Below, in pieces: positions 15,899 through 20,000 of a stretch of 20,000 nucleotides of DNA (the stretch's first letter is position 1; every line of letters starts with the position of its first letter). Location of the stretch: assembly GCA_030591685.1 (NCBI GenBank), contig JAUVAX010000010.1, positions 47,299 to 67,298 of the forward strand. Direction: 5' to 3'. The stretch is from Pseudobdellovibrionaceae bacterium. GTDB lineage: Bacteria > Bdellovibrionota > Bdellovibrionia > Bdellovibrionales > UBA1609. Both the position numbers and the translations under genes were made by a program. A model generated the notes under the pieces. The model was not told the DNA's origin and searched no databases. It was given only the letters and a program-made list of their open reading frames with translations.

Positions 15899-16474
15899 TT
15901 ATTTTTTATTCACCGGAAGAAGATTGATGGTTCTAATCTTTTTTCCAGTAAGATTAAACACGGTGAGACTTAAGAGGCCATTAACAACTTGGATCCTTCC
16001 GGATCCGCTGGAGAAGTTATCTGTAAAAATTATGGGCCATGATTTTTTAACCTCGTTAGGAGAAATATGATACTTAATAACTTTGTTAAGTTTAGGGGGA
16101 AGTGAGGTCGGCGTGGCTCCCGTGGTGTAATAATTAAGTGTGTTGAAGTCTTTAAAAACAAAATATTCAGAAAAAGGGGATCGCCAGGCCCCTAATATTT
16201 TTTTTAAACCAATGTATTTAATGGCGACCAATTTTACAGTTTGGTTAATAATATTTACATTGCCTTCACCATTAATGTAATCTCCGGAGCTGAGGCTGTT
16301 AATGCTTTTTTTAATGCCGTTTGAGTTTGCTGAAATAATAAATGGAGTTTTGTAGTCCTCTAATTGGACGCAGGCTTTATGATCAATAAACTTAATTGTG
16401 CCTTTTATGGTGGCAGCAAGAGAGCAAAGGGGCGCAATTAAAATTGCTGCGGCAAGTAAATTTTTAATTTTCAT
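15899..16474 (-). CDS. Hypothetical exported protein
   Basis: 191-aa ORF with a signal peptide (MKIKNLLAAAILIAPLCSLA) and beta-rich sequence. Ends 2 nt before hutG. Confidence 0.7.
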   Translation of the reverse strand: MKIKNLLAAAILIAPLCSLAATIKGTIKFIDHKACVQLEDYKTPFIISANSNGIKKSINSLSSGDYINGEGNVNIINQTVKLVAIKYIGLKKILGAWRSPFSEYFVFKDFNTLNYYTTGATPTSLPPKLNKVIKYHISPNEVKKSWPIIFTDNFSSGSGRIQVVNGLLSLTVFNLTGKKIRTINLLPVNKK

Positions 16475-16552
16475 GTGTGGAAATTAATAGAAACCTCGCA
16501 AAAAATCAAAGGTTTATTAAGTTTAAGTTAAAAGGGCCTGCTGAACATTGCG

Positions 16553-17503
16553 TTAAACATCCACTCCACGCTTTGAAAAAACACTTTTTAGAGCCTCAAG
16601 GTGTGAGAGAGGGTAAAGCCCGACATGATCCCAGATGAGCTTTTTAAGCGCCTCTTTAGGGGTGAGCTTTTCAACGGTGACGAAGCGGTCATAAATATTG
16701 GCCACAGCGGCTATTTTAGCTAAGGGCGAGATGTTGTTTTCTTTTAACCCTTTAGGGAATCCCGTTCCATCAATATGCTCCTCATGCTGGAGCACTATAT
16801 CGATCACCTCTTGATCAAAATGCTTATGACGAACAAGCTCAATGGCCCCTAATTTAGGGTGAAGCTTATAGGCTTTCATTTCTTCGTTTGTGAAAGTGTT
16901 TATATCTCTAAAGGGGTCAAAGTTTGTATGAGAATGGTTGTAGTCATGCAAGTAACACCCAACTGCAAGAAGCTTCATGGAGTGGGTTTTGCTCATGCCT
17001 AATTCTTCAGCTATGGCCACGGCAATGGAGGCCACATTGACGCCGTGATGAGCTATGTTTTTGTCTAAATTTTCGATACTTAAAACACTTTTAAGAGCTT
17101 TGTCTTCATCCAGTAAAAATTGAATATATTTTTCGGCACTTGATTTTGCTTCATCATAAACTTTTGGGTCATGGACGTTTTCTATGACATCTTCAGAGAT
17201 GGCCTGTTGGGCTCCGTGTACAACCTCGGCTCGGTCTTCGATGGGGACACTTGAATTTTTATCGTAAGCGGCTTCAATGCTTTGAAGCATATAAGCTCTA
17301 TATTTTGGCTCATCAAAGGCTTTTATATAAAGTTTTCGTAAGTTCTTTTTTTTAATCCGAACTAACTGTTCGCCTAAAAAATTATCGCCTTTACGACAGT
17401 ACAAGACGTACATATCGTTGACCCTTATATAGGCATTGAAGCCAATTTTGACCTCTCCTCTTAATGTACTCACCCGTATGGGGACAAAATCGGTTGTGTT
17501 CAT
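16553..17503 (-). CDS. HD-GYP family protein, non-canonical motifs
   Basis: HHGVNV, LHDY, HPKLG, QHEEHIDGTGFPKGL and AVANIYD follow the HD-GYP layout, after a ~75-aa N-terminal domain. Confidence 0.85.
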   Translation of the reverse strand: MNTTDFVPIRVSTLRGEVKIGFNAYIRVNDMYVLYCRKGDNFLGEQLVRIKKKNLRKLYIKAFDEPKYRAYMLQSIEAAYDKNSSVPIEDRAEVVHGAQQAISEDVIENVHDPKVYDEAKSSAEKYIQFLLDEDKALKSVLSIENLDKNIAHHGVNVASIAVAIAEELGMSKTHSMKLLAVGCYLHDYNHSHTNFDPFRDINTFTNEEMKAYKLHPKLGAIELVRHKHFDQEVIDIVLQHEEHIDGTGFPKGLKENNISPLAKIAAVANIYDRFVTVEKLTPKEALKKLIWDHVGLYPLSHLEALKSVFSKRGVDV

Positions 17504-17528
17504 CTTTACCTACTGTTAATTTACTATT

Positions 17529-18041
17529 ATGGATGAATTTATTGTTGATTTCAAAGTAGAAGCGAAAAAACTAGTCACTGATATGACTGATATTCTAGAA
17601 GGGCTCGAAGGTGACTTTAGTTTAAAAGAGGGCCTTAATGATTACGGCCAACTCGTGGACCGAATTTTAGGGGGGGCGAAAAGTCTAGAGTTAAATAGTG
17701 AAAGCCCCAGAAACCTTCAGGACATTGGTAACTATGCTGAAATATGTAAACTTGTCGCCTACTCAGGCTCGCAGATCAGTAAGAACGAAGGGCTCTATAA
17801 TATTGTAGTGGCTCTTTTGTTAGACGCCACTGAAATGTTAGGTGAGATGATTTTGGCTACAGACACAGGTGAAGAGAAAAATATAAAAGAGCTCCTATCA
17901 ACTACATTTTTAGAGCGTCTCAAACTAATTAACCAACAGTTTGATGTAAACACAAGGGGGAGTCTTGAGATTAGTGAGAATCAATCCAAAGGAGCCACTC
18001 AAAATGAAATCGATGACCTAATGAAGGCCTTAGGAGTCTAG
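17529..18041 (+). CDS. Hpt/CheA-P1-like helical protein lacking the phospho-His, with CheZ-like C-terminal peptide
   Basis: FKVEAKKLVTDM...LNDYGQLVDRILGGAKSL resembles CheA P1 (FFDEADELLADM...LNAIFRAAHSIKGGAGTF). The C-terminus is QNEIDDLMKALGV. Confidence 0.7.
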   Translation: MDEFIVDFKVEAKKLVTDMTDILEGLEGDFSLKEGLNDYGQLVDRILGGAKSLELNSESPRNLQDIGNYAEICKLVAYSGSQISKNEGLYNIVVALLLDATEMLGEMILATDTGEEKNIKELLSTTFLERLKLINQQFDVNTRGSLEISENQSKGATQNEIDDLMKALGV

Positions 18042-19040
18042 TTCTTTTAAGGCCCATTGGCACAGTTCGTTGAGTTTCTCGTGAACTAAAAGGTTTTTAA
18101 TTTCAGGTTTAAGTATTTTAATCTTTAAGTTTGCAGAAATGATAATGGCATTTCTTTTAAGCCCAAATCCTCGTGCTCTTGTGAGCGGAGTTTTTGCAAA
18201 AAATCTCATAAGTTCTTTATTAGAGGTGGTGAGTATAAATTTTAGCTCCTGAGTGATGTTCTCAATAGGCGATACAGGGGGTTTAAGAGCCTCTTTGCCA
18301 AACGCTTTTTCATTCCACGGGCAGACTTGCTGGCAAATATCACAGCCAAAAAATAAATCATGTATTCCGGAGCGTAAACTTTCAGGCGGGAGCTCTTTTG
18401 ATTCAATGGTCATGTATGAAATACATTTTTTAGCATCGATTTGTCGACCATCAATAATAGCTTGAGTGGGGCAAGCCTCAATGCAGCGAGTGCAGGTGCC
18501 ACAGCGGTCTGGGTGCAAGGCCTCTATGGGGCTAAGATCCATAGTGGTATATATTTCGCCTATAAAGAATAAGCTTCCTCGCTTTTGATGGATGAGGCAG
18601 CTGTTTTTGCCAAACCAACCCAGTCCGGCCTTATAGGCCAGGTCTCGCTCCATTATTGGGGATGAATCGGTGAAGGACTCAAAGCGCTCGGTAGAGAAGA
18701 GGTTCTCTAAGGACGTTGAAAGCTCCTGAAGCCTCCCTTTAAACCAATAATGGTAATCCTCCCCTTGAGCATAAAGGGCTGTGTTAAGAGCTGTTTTTGT
18801 CTCTGAGGGGGAGGGGTGGGGGAGGTAGTCTTGAGTTATAACAATGGCCGAGCGAGCTTTGTCCCTAAAGGCCTCAGGGTTTTCTTTCAGTGGTAAGTGG
18901 TCTTTTAAGTAAGCCATGTCGCCGTGTCGATTTTGGTTTAACCAAGAACGATAAATATCTATAGATATTGGTTTTTTTATTCGAGCAAAGCCAAAGTTAG
19001 GCCAGCCAAAAGCTTTGATCTCGTCTTCGAGGCGTGTCAT
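18030..19040 (-). CDS. queG: tRNA epoxyqueuosine(34) reductase
   Basis: YAQGEDYH, DSSPIMER, GWFGKN, CGTCTRCIEACPT, CISYMTIE and GCDICQQVCPWN. Start is ATG 19040 or 19055. The track's 19094 start would overlap cca by 41 nt. Confidence 0.95.
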   Translation of the reverse strand: MTRLEDEIKAFGWPNFGFARIKKPISIDIYRSWLNQNRHGDMAYLKDHLPLKENPEAFRDKARSAIVITQDYLPHPSPSETKTALNTALYAQGEDYHYWFKGRLQELSTSLENLFSTERFESFTDSSPIMERDLAYKAGLGWFGKNSCLIHQKRGSLFFIGEIYTTMDLSPIEALHPDRCGTCTRCIEACPTQAIIDGRQIDAKKCISYMTIESKELPPESLRSGIHDLFFGCDICQQVCPWNEKAFGKEALKPPVSPIENITQELKFILTTSNKELMRFFAKTPLTRARGFGLKRNAIIISANLKIKILKPEIKNLLVHEKLNELCQWALKELDS

Positions 19041-19053
19041 AATCTTATTTGTC

Positions 19054-20000
19054 ATGGTGATATTTGAAGACCACAAAAGTTGGCCCTTTGTCAAAGAGGC
19101 TTGTAAAAAATTAATGAATAATGGGTTTAAGGCTTATTTAGCTGGGGGCTGTGTTAGAGATGCCTTAATGGGCAGGAGCCCCGTAGACTTTGATATTGCC
19201 ACCGATGCAACGCCAGAGCAGGTGGAGGGTTTATTTACTAAGACCATCCCTGTGGGTAAGAGCTTTGGAGTGATAAAGGTGGTTTTAGAGGGCTTTGTTT
19301 TTGATATAGCCACCTTTAGGTCTGAATCTAATTATGTTGATGGTCGGCGCCCTAGCGCCATAGCGTTTTGTACCCCTAAAGAGGATGCGGCACGTAGAGA
19401 TTTTACAATGAATGCCATGTTTTACGATATGAGCTCAAAAAAAATCATTGACCATTTTAACGGCCAGAGTGACCTAAAAAATAAAACAATTAAAACCGTA
19501 GGCGCCCCTTTTAAGAGATTTAGTGAAGATTATTTAAGGGCTTTTAGGGCCATACGCTTTGCGAGCCAGTTAGAGGCTCATATTGATCCACCCACATGGG
19601 AGGCTTTGTATAAAGTTAAATCGGGGCTTCATCAGTTGTCACGGGAGCGAGTGCAGACAGAATTTTTTAAAATACTCACCTCTGAAAGCCCCTCAAAAGG
19701 GCTATACTTACTCACAGCGTTGGGGTTTTTAGGTGAGGTGTTAGAGGGGTTTGAAAATCAAATAGCTCACCTACACTCAGTCAATGCATCAAAAGTATTA
19801 ATGAAACAAACCCCTGGGGCCTCAATAGAGGAGCGACTATTACAGTTATTTATCCCGCTTTATTTAAATGGATTATTTACAGTAGAGGGTATCGAGAGTC
19901 AGTGCTTGAGTTTAAAGCTGAGTCAAAAATTAACTAAAATGGTGAAGCAAAGTTTACAAGCCATAACCCAATGGGAAGATACTTCCTTGGACCATTCAAC
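19054..20000 (+). CDS. cca: CCA tRNA nucleotidyltransferase (class II), 3' truncated by the window edge; absent from the ORF track
   Basis: Manual translation from ATG 19054: MVIFEDHKSW...AYLAGGCVRD..DFDIAT...DIATFRSESNYVDGRRP...EDAARRDFTMNAM...RFSEDYLRAFRAIRF...SRERV, open to the end. It lacks the poly(A) polymerase GRRF signature (VGKSFG instead). Confidence 0.9.
   Translation, partial: MVIFEDHKSWPFVKEACKKLMNNGFKAYLAGGCVRDALMGRSPVDFDIATDATPEQVEGLFTKTIPVGKSFGVIKVVLEGFVFDIATFRSESNYVDGRRPSAIAFCTPKEDAARRDFTMNAMFYDMSSKKIIDHFNGQSDLKNKTIKTVGAPFKRFSEDYLRAFRAIRFASQLEAHIDPPTWEALYKVKSGLHQLSRERVQTEFFKILTSESPSKGLYLLTALGFLGEVLEGFENQIAHLHSVNASKVLMKQTPGASIEERLLQLFIPLYLNGLFTVEGIESQCLSLKLSQKLTKMVKQSLQAITQWEDTSLDHS

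Noticed and set aside
783..18465. Short ORFs 783-1046, 2167-2355, 3673-3858, 4482-4694, 5961-6185, 6643-6834, 7358-7621, 8039-8233, 8604-8825, 8855-9145, 13563-13790, 13576-13767, 15849-16070, 18253-18465
   Set aside because: All are antisense or out-of-frame shadows of well-supported genes, with no recognisable motifs.
19054..20000. Poly(A) polymerase (pcnB) or CC-adding assignment
   Set aside because: The PAP GRRF signature is absent, and the flexible loop (RSESNYVDGRRP) usually deleted in CC-adding enzymes is present. An A-adding enzyme cannot be excluded.
1..20000. CRISPR array, transposase/integrase, prophage or anti-phage defence genes
   Set aside because: No regularly spaced repeats and no recombinase, nuclease or phage motifs were seen. 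The cNMP protein has no neighbouring cyclase or effector domain, so Pycsar/CBASS is unsupported.

Overview
AT-rich, gene-dense bacterial chromosomal window with no rRNA, tRNA, CRISPR array or mobile element. The gene mix suggests a Bdellovibrionota-like organism (inference only). In order: lipoprotein alpha-carbonic anhydrase with terminator; plsC; a 4-gene minus-strand operon (stand-alone cNMP-binding protein, AI-2E transporter, 2-TM protein, outer-membrane beta-barrel); a ~660-nt intergenic region with a candidate structured RNA; a pseudo-receiver protein; a formyltransferase-polysaccharide deacetylase fusion; an ABC-2 exporter pair; yciA-greB-mltF-bcp; ltaE, hutG, a secreted hypothetical and an HD-GYP-family gene; an Hpt-like protein; queG; and a partial cca. 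The notable theme is a set of degenerate signalling parts. These are an Hpt/CheA-P1-like protein with no histidine and a CheZ-like C-terminal tail, a divergent HD-GYP protein missing several catalytic motifs, and a pseudo-receiver whose C-terminal domain aligns with that HD-GYP's N-terminal domain. Also notable are an MltF with Leu at the catalytic Glu position, the formyltransferase-deacetylase fusion and a BCP peroxiredoxin with a very basic N-terminal tail.
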